Assembly: GCA_045612185.1 (NCBI GenBank)
Contig: JAZKYO010000108.1
Coordinates: forward strand, 3,352 to 67,351
Origin: Eubacteriales bacterium
GTDB lineage: Bacteria > Bacillota > Clostridia > Oscillospirales > CAG-272
Direction: 5' to 3'
Length of the DNA stretch: 64,000 nucleotides
Positions 8,652 through 17,252 of this stretch are shown piece by piece (the stretch's first letter is position 1; each line of letters opens with the position of its first letter). A program made the translations under genes and the position numbers. The notes below the pieces were generated by a model that saw only the letters and a program-made list of their open reading frames with translations, did not search any database and was not told where the DNA came from.

Positions 8652-11600
8652 TTAGTTCTGGTAAGAGACAAGTGCGTTATACGCGTCTTTCATAAGCTCG
8701 ATTGCTTTTTCAAGACCTGTCTTATCAGCAGAATTAAGGGTGGATCCTGCAAGCTCGCCCTCAAGCTGAGCGATTGCGTCTACAAGAATTTCCATCTGTT
8801 GTTCTTCACTAATCTTAACGTCGACGTCAGCAGCTCTTCTGATATTATTTATCATATCAGCATACTTGCCCGTCACCGCGGAGCTGAGAGTATAATCAAG
8901 ATCTTTCATCTTGATTTCTTCTACGCCCTTAACAGTTTCATATACACCCTTATTGATAGTAAGTTCTCCTTCAGAAAGAAGTGTATATACCTGAGCCAAT
9001 CTCTTTTCAGAAAGCTTCTGACCTACGTAATCAAGAGTTTCAAGATCGAACTCACTGCGTTTTCTGGTAATTTCTTTATTGATTGTATTGATGTACGACA
9101 GCAACTCCTCAACGGGGTCCGCGTCGTTGTTGATCGCAGCCATGTAAGCGAACTTAGCATAACGCTCAATGATGTACGAACCGGGATAGTTGGGAATCGA
9201 TGCAAGGTTGTTGAACTGAAGCTGGATCTGCTTGATCTCATCAGCTGTCCAAGGCAAGCTCTCAAGCGCGTTAAGGTTTGCGGTGGGATGCTTTGCGGAA
9301 GGACCGAGAATAGATACCATTTCGTTAGAGTATTTCTCCTGGCAGTCCGCACCGGAGTGCCATCTCATAAAGTCCCAAGCGCCCTCAACGTTTTCACAGC
9401 CCGTAATCATAACGATTGCGGATACGCCGGAAACAGAGCAGTTGTTGATATTACCGAACTCGTCCTCGATACCGGGCATAGGATAGAAGCCCCACAAGCC
9501 TTCGATTTCGGTTGCAAATACCTTCAATTTATTATATGTATCTGTATAACCGGCAAATCCGATAGGCATTTCACCTGTTCTGAAACGGTTAGCAAAGTCG
9601 TATGAAAGCGGGAAAGAGTACATAGTAAACATGTTGGTCATCTTTTCAAACGCCTCAAGCGAAGTATTTGCGTCAAGGTTAATTCTCATACCGTTATCTG
9701 CGAAGAGGTCTCCGCCCATCTGGTATATGAACATTCTGTACTCAACGTGCATACCGATCTGCATGTTGTTAGCCTGAAGAACGGGAATTGCGGAATAGAT
9801 ATCGTCCCAAGTCTTGGGAATATCAAGGTCAAGCTCCGCAAGGATGTCCTTTCTTACGAACATCATATTAAAGGACTGTGTTTCGGGAAGTCCGTAGTAG
9901 TGCATTGTACCAACCGAGTCCTCAATACCAAGAACGATCATCGCCGCCTCGTTGAACTCTCTTGTCTCGGGATTTGTAACGAGATCTTCAAAGTCAGCGC
10001 AATTCTCTATGGGCATAAGCGCTCCACGGATAGCATAGTTAATTACGTCAGCCTGACCAAGACCGATATAAACATCGGGGCCCGTCTGAGAAAGTATGGA
10101 AGGAAGAAGTGTACCGCCCGCAACGAGCTTAAGGTTTACAGCCGTTCCATACTGAGGAGTAAAGTCGTTATTTACAAGGTTTCTGATAACCTGTGTCTGG
10201 TCACGACCGTATGCAAGCCAAACTTCAACGATTTCAGAATCTTCATCGTCGTACTCTTCGGTTGCACCCATTCTATCGTAATTTCTAATGAAGGACTGGA
10301 AGAAGCTTCCCATTTCATGACCGAAGGACTGGAAGAAGTTAGCCTCAGCCTTAGGAAGTTTGTTTCCTTTACCCTGAACAAGAAGATAGTCTATCTGAAG
10401 GGGTTGCGTTTTTGCGTCACTAATCCAAGTACCGAGCGAACCGATATAGGATTTAAGCTGTGTAAGGTTCTTAGCGATTTCGTTCTCGGGGTCGCCGCCC
10501 ATTCTCTCAAGAAGCCAAGCAACCTGATCAAGGGTAGCTACCATCGAGCCCTTAATTCCCGCCATAGCCTGAAGCTTTGCGGAAATATCATAAATAAGGA
10601 TCGACTGCTCCATAAGGTCCTTAACCACATTGGGAAGAACTCGCTTAAAGCCGTAGTCACGGTAATCGTCGGGCTCAGCGCCTGTAAGCTTAAGAATAGA
10701 AAGATAGTCAGAGTTTATAGACTCAAGCGCGCCTTCTATCTGGCTTACAAGGTCACCCATAGAACCAAGTGTAACGGTAAACTCAACGGTATATACAACG
10801 CCTTCCTTGAAATAGAAATCAAAGTCGGTATTGCCGTCGGAAAGTATCTTAGTCTGCCACTCGGAAGAATAGTCGAATCTGAGTTTTGCAGCCTCTGCAA
10901 ACGGAGTACCGTTGTAGTATCCCTCAAGGTTGCCAAATTTAGCCTTATACTCTTCCTCAGTGTAGTTTGTATAGATAGCCAAAGATCTTGAAGCATACAT
11001 ACCGTCAAGAACCGATTGGCTGAATCTTGCTACAATATTATATACGCCACTGTTATCCACAGAAAAGTTCCAAGTAAGTGCCTGACCGGCGGTCTGCCAC
11101 TTGTCACCGCCCACACCGCCGATGGTGTTAAGCATAGTGTTCTTAGTGGTGATGGGGCTTGTTATAGCGCTTCTTGTATCCTCAATGGGATAAATAGTCT
11201 GCGACGTTGTGGACGTAAGATACTCACCCTCTACCTTAACGCTGCTTGTCCCCGCGGGAGCAGACGCATAATACGCACTTGCCTCTGCATAAGGTACGTA
11301 ACTTGCGTGAGGAACGAGCTTAATGCTCTTAATAGCCATAGGCTCGCTGACACCGGTGAGAGAAATTACGGTATTATCGGATTTTTCGAATACGAACTCG
11401 AAAGACTCGGAATAATAACCGTCGGTGTCGTGAATCTCATATGTCATCCATTTGGGAGACTGAACTATGGGAGAACGAATTTCATTGTGGTCGATATCAG
11501 AGCTAAAGAATCTCACCTTAAGCTCCTCGCAAAGATAGTTGTATCTCTCCGCAGTCCAATACTCAGGCATTTCATATTTAATGAGAGTTGCGTTGTCAAC

Positions 11601-12293
11601 CGTTTCGCTGGTAGCAACAATACCAAGCTCTCTCGCCTTATTCAAGTGGTATTCAGCGGTTTCGCCCTTGCCAAGTTTATACACCGCATTTACGTAATCA
11701 TTGGTATAAATCTTTTGAAGGGTAAGATATCTCGCCTCGAGGAAAGGAATTGCCGAATCAATACGGAAGATACGCTCAACAGCAGTTGATTTACCTACCG
11801 AATTTCCCGCAGCATCCACCTGAGTGGGATAATACTCAATTACCACGCTGTATCTTGCGGTTTCGGGGATCGACACATTCCACGAAACAGTACCTGTGGC
11901 GGGGGTGTAGAGAGCCTCTACTCCGTCAAAGGTTCCGACCGCGTACTCCGCGTCGCTCTGCTCGGCATTGACGTCCTTAACAGCGTCAATAACGATCTCC
12001 TCGGTTGCCGCGTCAACCGTCCAGACTCTTTCTACGATTTCTTTTCCGTCCGCGTCAACCGCACCGGTATACTTAGAATACTTTCTGAAGTACTCGTCGT
12101 AAGAAATCGAATTAAGAATCTCTCGTACATCGTCGATGGTCGCATCTGTAACCGATGTGTTCTGATTACCTGCCGGCTTCGGTGAAATCAGTATCGTGTC
12201 ATCGGCAGCATACGCCGCGATTCCGGCACTTGAAAGCACACAGAGCAGAGCAAGTACCAAAGAAAGGAATCTTTGGAATTTCTTCTTGTTCAT
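8652..12293 (-). CDS. Giant extracellular solute-binding protein (1213 aa): N-terminal beta-sandwich/CBM-like modules, a helical linker, a family-1 SBP domain and a helical tail
   Basis: The track ORF 8652..12533 is trimmed to the ATG at 12293, which sits 7 nt after AGGAGG (12301-12306). The trimmed protein starts MNKKKFQRFLSLVLALLCVLSSAGIAAYA|ADD, a signal peptide. The C-terminal half is SBP-like (IVEVWLAYGRDQTQVIRNLVNNDFTPQYGTAVNLKLV..., PVLQANNMQIG, LWGFYPMPG). The N-terminal ~700 aa hold two similar modules (TVSWNVSIPETARYSVVIEYYP and ALTWNFSVDNSGVYNIVARFSQ). Confidence 0.85.
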   Translation of the reverse strand: MNKKKFQRFLSLVLALLCVLSSAGIAAYAADDTILISPKPAGNQNTSVTDATIDDVREILNSISYDEYFRKYSKYTGAVDADGKEIVERVWTVDAATEEIVIDAVKDVNAEQSDAEYAVGTFDGVEALYTPATGTVSWNVSIPETARYSVVIEYYPTQVDAAGNSVGKSTAVERIFRIDSAIPFLEARYLTLQKIYTNDYVNAVYKLGKGETAEYHLNKARELGIVATSETVDNATLIKYEMPEYWTAERYNYLCEELKVRFFSSDIDHNEIRSPIVQSPKWMTYEIHDTDGYYSESFEFVFEKSDNTVISLTGVSEPMAIKSIKLVPHASYVPYAEASAYYASAPAGTSSVKVEGEYLTSTTSQTIYPIEDTRSAITSPITTKNTMLNTIGGVGGDKWQTAGQALTWNFSVDNSGVYNIVARFSQSVLDGMYASRSLAIYTNYTEEEYKAKFGNLEGYYNGTPFAEAAKLRFDYSSEWQTKILSDGNTDFDFYFKEGVVYTVEFTVTLGSMGDLVSQIEGALESINSDYLSILKLTGAEPDDYRDYGFKRVLPNVVKDLMEQSILIYDISAKLQAMAGIKGSMVATLDQVAWLLERMGGDPENEIAKNLTQLKSYIGSLGTWISDAKTQPLQIDYLLVQGKGNKLPKAEANFFQSFGHEMGSFFQSFIRNYDRMGATEEYDDEDSEIVEVWLAYGRDQTQVIRNLVNNDFTPQYGTAVNLKLVAGGTLLPSILSQTGPDVYIGLGQADVINYAIRGALMPIENCADFEDLVTNPETREFNEAAMIVLGIEDSVGTMHYYGLPETQSFNMMFVRKDILAELDLDIPKTWDDIYSAIPVLQANNMQIGMHVEYRMFIYQMGGDLFADNGMRINLDANTSLEAFEKMTNMFTMYSFPLSYDFANRFRTGEMPIGFAGYTDTYNKLKVFATEIEGLWGFYPMPGIEDEFGNINNCSVSGVSAIVMITGCENVEGAWDFMRWHSGADCQEKYSNEMVSILGPSAKHPTANLNALESLPWTADEIKQIQLQFNNLASIPNYPGSYIIERYAKFAYMAAINNDADPVEELLSYINTINKEITRKRSEFDLETLDYVGQKLSEKRLAQVYTLLSEGELTINKGVYETVKGVEEIKMKDLDYTLSSAVTGKYADMINNIRRAADVDVKISEEQQMEILVDAIAQLEGELAGSTLNSADKTGLEKAIELMKDAYNALVSYQN

Positions 12294-12515
12294 AAGTTTT
12301 CCTCCTGAAAAATTGCTGAGCATAATGGTCGCCACGAAGCCCGAAGGGGTTAACCGCGGTATAACACGAACGTCATAAGACGAGGTGGGGTGTTCTGCAC
12401 GGAATCCAATAGGCTTATCCGAAGACAAAGCCCTCGTATCCCCCGAAAAAAGACTATTGATTTTCACCAAAAGCCGTTCAAACGAGAAACGGGCGCAAAA
12501 ATGCCATATTTCAAT
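12294..12515 (-). promoter_or_regulatory. Long (~220 nt) structured 5' leader of the SBP operon
   Basis: It lies between the predicted TSS (about 12515) and the ATG at 12293. A UUCG-capped hairpin GGCUUUGUC-UUCG-GAUAAGCC spans 12412-12432. A long-range helix pairs ACGAGG with CCUCGU (12432-12437 with 12380-12385). A second UUCG hairpin is UAUGACG-UUCG-UGUUAUA. A 5'-proximal hairpin (12473-12494) is followed by UUUU. Confidence 0.45.
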
Positions 12516-12521
12516 GACATT

Positions 12522-12550
12522 ATAATACCACACAACAACCGAAATGTCAA
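12522..12550 (-). promoter_or_regulatory. Sigma-A-type promoter of the SBP operon
   Basis: On the minus strand: TTGACA (12550-12545), a 17-nt spacer, then TGgTATTAT, an extended -10 (12527-12522). Confidence 0.6.
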
Positions 12551-13280
12551 GATTTTGAAGAGATGAAAATTTTGTGTGTTTATATTATGAAGGAGTTTTG
12601 CACAAAGACAAAACGCATAAATAACGCCCATCAAGTCCAAACGCAAAAAAAGCAACACCGTATTATGGTAAATACAATTTACCTCTGCTTCGGTGATTTT
12701 GTCAGATACACCTCTTGTTTTGTGCAATTTGACAATGCCATTTTTTCGACAAAACACTCCCACTTCCGCAAGGTAAACCACATTTACCTGAATTGAACCC
12801 AATTTTTCGCATCTCAGAACTTTCGGTTCATGTTACGCCAAATAATTTTTGTGCAATTTCAACAATTTCCCGCTTCTTTTTTCTACACTAAAATTTCACA
12901 CCGTTTTTTGAATATTATTTTCAGCGACAGTTTGTTTTTCTACTTTCCAAGCCAAATAATAACATAAAATTACAATTATACCTTTAATTTACTTTTACAC
13001 CTTTTATTTCTCGGAATAAGCATTTGCGCTTGTGAAACACAAACAAAATGAATTTTACCACCAATCAGAACGCGAACAAACGACATTCGTTTGACAACGG
13101 AGTGAACAAGAGAACACTTATTTATGGGAGTGTTATACAATACGGTAAGTTGCCAATTCCCTATTGTGAGCGTTTGTGTTACCGCGAACCTACTCGCACT
13201 TACACATGCATATTGTTGTCAAAGATTAACGCACCGCAAATGTCACCTTGCGATGCGCGCAACATCCGTTTTGGGGTGAT

Positions 13281-13319
13281 AAAAAATACGCCGACCGATG
13301 TAAAACTCGGTCGGCGTAT
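13281..13319 (-). terminator. Rho-independent terminator downstream of nifU
   Basis: A 13-bp stem pairs ATACGCCGACCGA with TCGGTCGGCGTAT (13286-13298 with 13307-13319). A U-run follows on the minus strand (plus-strand A-run 13281-13286). Confidence 0.8.
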
Positions 13320-13394
13320 AGCCCATTCTGTTGAAATTGGCCCGCAAAACAACAAACTTCTCACGTCAAGCAATCGCTCACCCACACATGGAAA

Positions 13395-13829
13395 TTAGTG
13401 TCCGCCTTCTCCCACTTCACAGTCATGGCAGTGTGCAGGAGCAGGTATTTCCTTGTCAATTCCATTCTTTTTGTAATAATCCGCAACAGCAGCTTTTATA
13501 GCCTCCTCGGCAAGAACTGAGCAGTGAACCTTTACAGGCGGAAGCCCTTCAAGAGCTTCTACAACCGCAGCATTGGTAAGTTCGAGCGCCTCGTCGATAC
13601 TCTTCCCTTTTACAAGCTCGGTAGCCATGGAAGAAGTTGCGATAGCGGCACCGCAACCGAAGGTCTTGAATTTAACATCAACGATAATGTCATTTTCAAC
13701 CTTAATGAACATCTGCATTATATCTCCGCATTTTGCGTTGCCCACTGTTCCCACGCCGTCCGCGTTCTCAATTTCTCCCACGTTTCTGGGATTTTTGAAA
13801 TGATCCATTACTTTTTCTGTATATACCAT
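13395..13829 (-). CDS. nifU: Fe-S cluster assembly scaffold protein NifU/IscU
   Basis: MDHFKNPRNVGEIENADGVGTVGNAKCGDIM...FKTFGCGAAIATSS...VHCSVLAEEAI carries the three conserved Cys motifs of U-type scaffolds. Confidence 0.95.
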   Translation of the reverse strand: MVYTEKVMDHFKNPRNVGEIENADGVGTVGNAKCGDIMQMFIKVENDIIVDVKFKTFGCGAAIATSSMATELVKGKSIDEALELTNAAVVEALEGLPPVKVHCSVLAEEAIKAAVADYYKKNGIDKEIPAPAHCHDCEVGEGGH

Positions 13830-13860
13830 ATCTTTTTTACCTCTCTTACAGTTTGATTTT

Positions 13861-15027
13861 TCAGTTTCCGGGATATATAGGACTCATGGCGCGAAGCCTC
13901 TCTACGCTTTCCCTGACAGCCTTAATAATATTCTCAACATCTTCCTCGGTGTTATCCTTGGAAAGCGAGAAACGGAGCGAGCCGTGGGCGTCCTCGATAT
14001 CAACACCTATGGACAAAAGAACATGAGATGCCTCAAGCGAATTTGAGGAGCAAGCCGATCCGGTAGACGCGCTTATTCCACTCATGTCAAGCCAAAGCAA
14101 AAGACTTTCGCCCTCAACGTAGGAAAACGACACGTTGGCATTTCCCGGAAGTCTGTTTTCTCGGTCTCCGTTAAGCCTGGAATACGGAATTTCAAGCAAG
14201 CCATCGATAAGCTTATTTCTGAGAGCTCTGACCTTCTCCATGCCGTCAAGACTCTTTACAGCCGATTCAACAGCCACGCCAAGCCCGCAAATGTAAGGCA
14301 CGTTTTCGGTTCCTCCGCGTTTTCTGCGTTCCTGACCGCCACCGTCGATGAGGTTCTTTATTCTTACACCCTTTCGAATATAAAGAGCACCAATTCCCTT
14401 TGGCGTGTGGATCTTATGTCCCGAAAGGCTAAGCATATCAACGCCTAATTCTTTGACGTTTACAGGAATATTTCCCACCGCCTGAACAGCGTCGGTAAAC
14501 ATAAGCGCTCCGTTTGCGTGCGCGATTTCGGAAATTTCGGAAATAGGCTCTATTGTGCCTATTTCGTTATTCGCCATCATGATGGCTACCAAAGCAGTAT
14601 TATCATCAACGGCGTCACGAAGCTCGTCCATCTTGATAAATCCACCTTCGTCTACGCCAACGTAAACAACCTCAAAGCCCTCCTTGGCAAGCGCTTCGCA
14701 AGTGTGAAGCACCGCGTGGTGTTCAATTTTACTCGTTACTATCTTACGGCGTTTTTTGGAGGCGTAAGCCGCGCCCTTTATAGCCCAGTTATCTGACTCC
14801 GAGCCGCAAGACGTGAAATATATTTCCTCGGGCAGGCAACCAAGTGCCTCCGCTATTTTTGCGCGCGCATCATCGACGACAGCCCTTGCCTTCTGTCCGT
14901 CTTCGTGAAGGCTTGACGGATTACCCCAAAAATCTGTAAAGCAAGGCATCATCGCGTCAATAACCTCTTGCGAAACCGGTGTTGTCGCTGCGTTATCGGC
15001 ATATATTCTCTTATTTGATTCGCTCAT
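13861..15027 (-). CDS. nifS: Cysteine desulfurase NifS (PLP-dependent)
   Basis: YADNAATTP, the PLP-lysine motif [21 protein letters not shown], and the active-site loop STGSACSS. It sits upstream of nifU. Confidence 0.95.
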   Translation of the reverse strand: MSESNKRIYADNAATTPVSQEVIDAMMPCFTDFWGNPSSLHEDGQKARAVVDDARAKIAEALGCLPEEIYFTSCGSESDNWAIKGAAYASKKRRKIVTSKIEHHAVLHTCEALAKEGFEVVYVGVDEGGFIKMDELRDAVDDNTALVAIMMANNEIGTIEPISEISEIAHANGALMFTDAVQAVGNIPVNVKELGVDMLSLSGHKIHTPKGIGALYIRKGVRIKNLIDGGGQERRKRGGTENVPYICGLGVAVESAVKSLDGMEKVRALRNKLIDGLLEIPYSRLNGDRENRLPGNANVSFSYVEGESLLLWLDMSGISASTGSACSSNSLEASHVLLSIGVDIEDAHGSLRFSLSKDNTEEDVENIIKAVRESVERLRAMSPIYPGN

Positions 15028-15280
15028 CTAAAATATTTTTCCCTTCAAAAAATGAATTAACAAAACATCATTGTTTTTTAACAGGTATATTGTATACCTT
15101 TTTCGTCCAAATTGCAACAGCACAAGCAAAGTTTATTTGTTAATTTTCTATGAACGCAGCGTTTGGCTTCTCTCAAAGGCATATTACAACTCGGTGCGTC
15201 ATATATTTTTCAGAAGCGAGACTTTGAAATTCCGCCTCGACAAAAAGCGATTTTCCATGTGAAACGGAGGACTTATTACG

Positions 15281-15892
15281 GTGTTTAACAAAATTAAGCG
15301 TTTTACCATGATTATTTTCCTTATAGAATTCGCTGTTTGGATTTTAATGTCTCGAAGCGCCGTTCCGATTCTCATCGTATTGGCAATTATAATTCATGAG
15401 GTGGGGCATATAGCCGTATCATTTATCGTGGGAAATCTACTGAGCAGCATTTCCCTACGCGTCGGTGGGCTTGCTCTTTCGGGAAGAAACGCTTTCCCAT
15501 CGTACAAATCCGAAATATTTATAGCACTTGGCGGACCGTTATCCAATCTCATTTTCGCGGTGTTGGTTTTGGTTGCTTTCAATTCGCCCACAGCCGAATA
15601 TTTCGCAAAGCTGTCGTTTGCCTTGGCGTTATTAAATTTGCTTCCGATAAAGGCGTTTGACGGAGGGCGGATTTTTAAAGCGCTTCTCGCCTCGTTTCTC
15701 CCCGAGAAACTATCAGTAAAGATATGCGAATTGATTTCTTTTTTTACGCTTTTTTCGCTTTGGAGCGTATCGATATATCTGCTTTTGAGGACCGGAAGGA
15801 ACTTAACTTTTTTTCTTTTTTCCTTCTCGGTGTTTCTAAGATTGTTTGCTGAGCAGACCGAAGTCCGAATTTGCAAGATTATAGAAGAATAA
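15281..15892 (+). CDS. Site-2 protease family (M50) membrane metalloprotease, short form
   Basis: HExxH motif IIHEVGHIAVSF and a second motif LLNLLPIKAFDGGRIF; the protein is multi-TM. The GTG start lies 10 nt after GGAGG (15266-15270). Confidence 0.75.
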   Translation: MFNKIKRFTMIIFLIEFAVWILMSRSAVPILIVLAIIIHEVGHIAVSFIVGNLLSSISLRVGGLALSGRNAFPSYKSEIFIALGGPLSNLIFAVLVLVAFNSPTAEYFAKLSFALALLNLLPIKAFDGGRIFKALLASFLPEKLSVKICELISFFTLFSLWSVSIYLLLRTGRNLTFFLFSFSVFLRLFAEQTEVRICKIIEE

Positions 15893-16004
15893 ACGAGCTT
15901 ATCCGAGATTTTAAGGTGATAAATCCATTTTATCACCTATAACTCGGTTTAATTCAAAATAATCTTGTTTTTTCAAAAAAATTAAAGTTTTTTATCAAAA
16001 TATA

Positions 16005-16033
16005 TTGCAATTTGCACGCATATATGGTAGAAT
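16005..16033 (+). promoter_or_regulatory. Promoter of the potABCD operon
   Basis: TTGCAA (16005-16010), a 17-nt spacer, then TGgTAGAAT with the -10 at 16028-16033. Confidence 0.5.
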
Positions 16034-16133
16034 TATTCTCGAAACTGTGCATCATCCGTTTTTTCGGTGGATCTTGCGCGGTTTCCGCAGTTTTGCGACT
16101 TATTCTGCAAATACGAAGGAGTATTTATGCCAA

Positions 16134-17252
16134 ATGGAAAAAAAGCTTATAGAGCTGAAGGGTATCTGCAAACAGTTTGACGGCACGCAGATTCTTAATT
16201 CAATTGACCTTGACATTTTTGACAAAGAATTCGTCACGCTTCTCGGCCCTTCCGGATGCGGAAAAACCACATTGCTCAGAATCATCAGCGGTTTCGAGCA
16301 GCCCGACAGCGGAGACGTAGTTTTTGACGGAGTTATTATAAATGATATTCCCCCGCACAAGCGTAACGTAAACACCGTGTTCCAGAAGTATGCGCTGTTT
16401 CCTCATCTGAACGTTTTTGACAACATAGCTTTCGGGCTTCGTCTCAAAAAGGTTCCCGACGCCGAGCTCCGCACGAGGGTGAAGGAAATGCTGGCGCTTG
16501 TTAACCTTAAAGGGTTTGAACGCAAAAACGTTAACTATCTTTCGGGCGGTCAGCAGCAGCGCGTGGCAATAGCCCGCGCGCTTATCAACACCCCCAAGGT
16601 GCTGTTGCTTGACGAGCCTCTCGGTGCGCTTGACCTAAAACTCCGCAAGGATATGCAAAATGAGTTAAAAAACATTCAGAAGAAAACAGGAATTACATTT
16701 ATATACGTAACCCACGACCAGGAAGAAGCTCTTTCCATGTCTGACAAGGTAGTGGTTGTTGCTGACGGCTGCATACAACAGATCGGCACTCCTACCGATA
16801 TATATAACGAGCCTGTCAACGCTTTTGTCGCGGACTTTATCGGAGAATCAAACATAATCGACGGCGTTATGCTTGATGACTACCGCGCGAGATTTTCGGG
16901 TCACACATTCGAATGTCTTGACAGCGGATTTGAAAAAGGCGAAAAGGTTGATATAGTCGTCCGTCCCGAGGACGTTGACGTTGTAAGTCCCGAAAAAGGA
17001 ATGCTCCAGGGCGTAACAACATCGGTTACTTTCAAGGGCGTTCATTACGAAATCATCGTAGATATCGGTGGTTTCAAGTGGATGATACAGACTACCGACT
17101 ACGTAGGTCCTAACGAAAAGATCGGTCTTTACATAGAGCCCGACGCTATCCACGTTATGAAGAAATCCGAATTCTCGGATATGTTTGGCGATTACTCATC
17201 CTTCAGTGACGAAATGGACAGGCTTTCAGACGCCACGGAGGTAGAAGAATAA
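16134..17252 (+). CDS. potA: Spermidine/putrescine ABC transporter ATP-binding protein
   Basis: The track ORF is trimmed to the ATG at 16134 ([17 protein letters not shown]). Walker [10 protein letters not shown], signature [15 protein letters not shown], Walker [12 protein letters not shown], and a C-terminal TOBE-like domain. Confidence 0.93.
   Translation: MEKKLIELKGICKQFDGTQILNSIDLDIFDKEFVTLLGPSGCGKTTLLRIISGFEQPDSGDVVFDGVIINDIPPHKRNVNTVFQKYALFPHLNVFDNIAFGLRLKKVPDAELRTRVKEMLALVNLKGFERKNVNYLSGGQQQRVAIARALINTPKVLLLDEPLGALDLKLRKDMQNELKNIQKKTGITFIYVTHDQEEALSMSDKVVVVADGCIQQIGTPTDIYNEPVNAFVADFIGESNIIDGVMLDDYRARFSGHTFECLDSGFEKGEKVDIVVRPEDVDVVSPEKGMLQGVTTSVTFKGVHYEIIVDIGGFKWMIQTTDYVGPNEKIGLYIEPDAIHVMKKSEFSDMFGDYSSFSDEMDRLSDATEVEE

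Noticed and set aside
947-11789. Long antisense ORFs inside the big minus-strand genes: 947..2296, 2477..3568, 4407..5354, 5385..5921, 7780..8442, 8799..9605, 9747..10991 and 11016..11789.
   Set aside because: They are shadow ORFs opposite strongly supported genes. Their translations are Cys/Arg/Ser-rich and low-complexity, with no RBS and no recognisable motifs.
12294-12533. An 80-codon N-terminal extension of the giant SBP ORF (track ORF 8652..12533, GTG start).
   Set aside because: The extension starts inside the spacer of the predicted promoter, has no RBS, and translates to a non-protein-like sequence (MWYYNVIEIWHFCARF...). A canonical AGGAGG-7nt-ATG followed by a signal peptide occurs at 12293.
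13048-13398. A 116-aa plus-strand ORF in the long intergenic region.
   Set aside because: It has no Shine-Dalgarno sequence and atypical composition. Its 3' part runs through the nifU terminator hairpin and overlaps the nifU stop.
15914-15938. A 10-bp hairpin AGGTGATAAA/TTTATCACCT after the M50 protease gene, considered as a terminator.
   Set aside because: No U-run follows the stem, so I did not list it as a feature. It may still act as a weak terminator or an RNA-stability element.
16005-16133. N-terminal extensions in the track for potA (16005), the FAD protein (51747), cdaA (52872), nfeD (60457), the Na/Pi cotransporter (37193), the lipoprotein (54822) and the Gfo/Idh/MocA gene (30234).
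   Set aside because: In each case an internal ATG preceded by a GGAGG-type RBS gives an N-terminus that matches the family (Walker-A spacing, signal peptide, Rossmann motif). The upstream codons overlap promoters or neighbouring genes.
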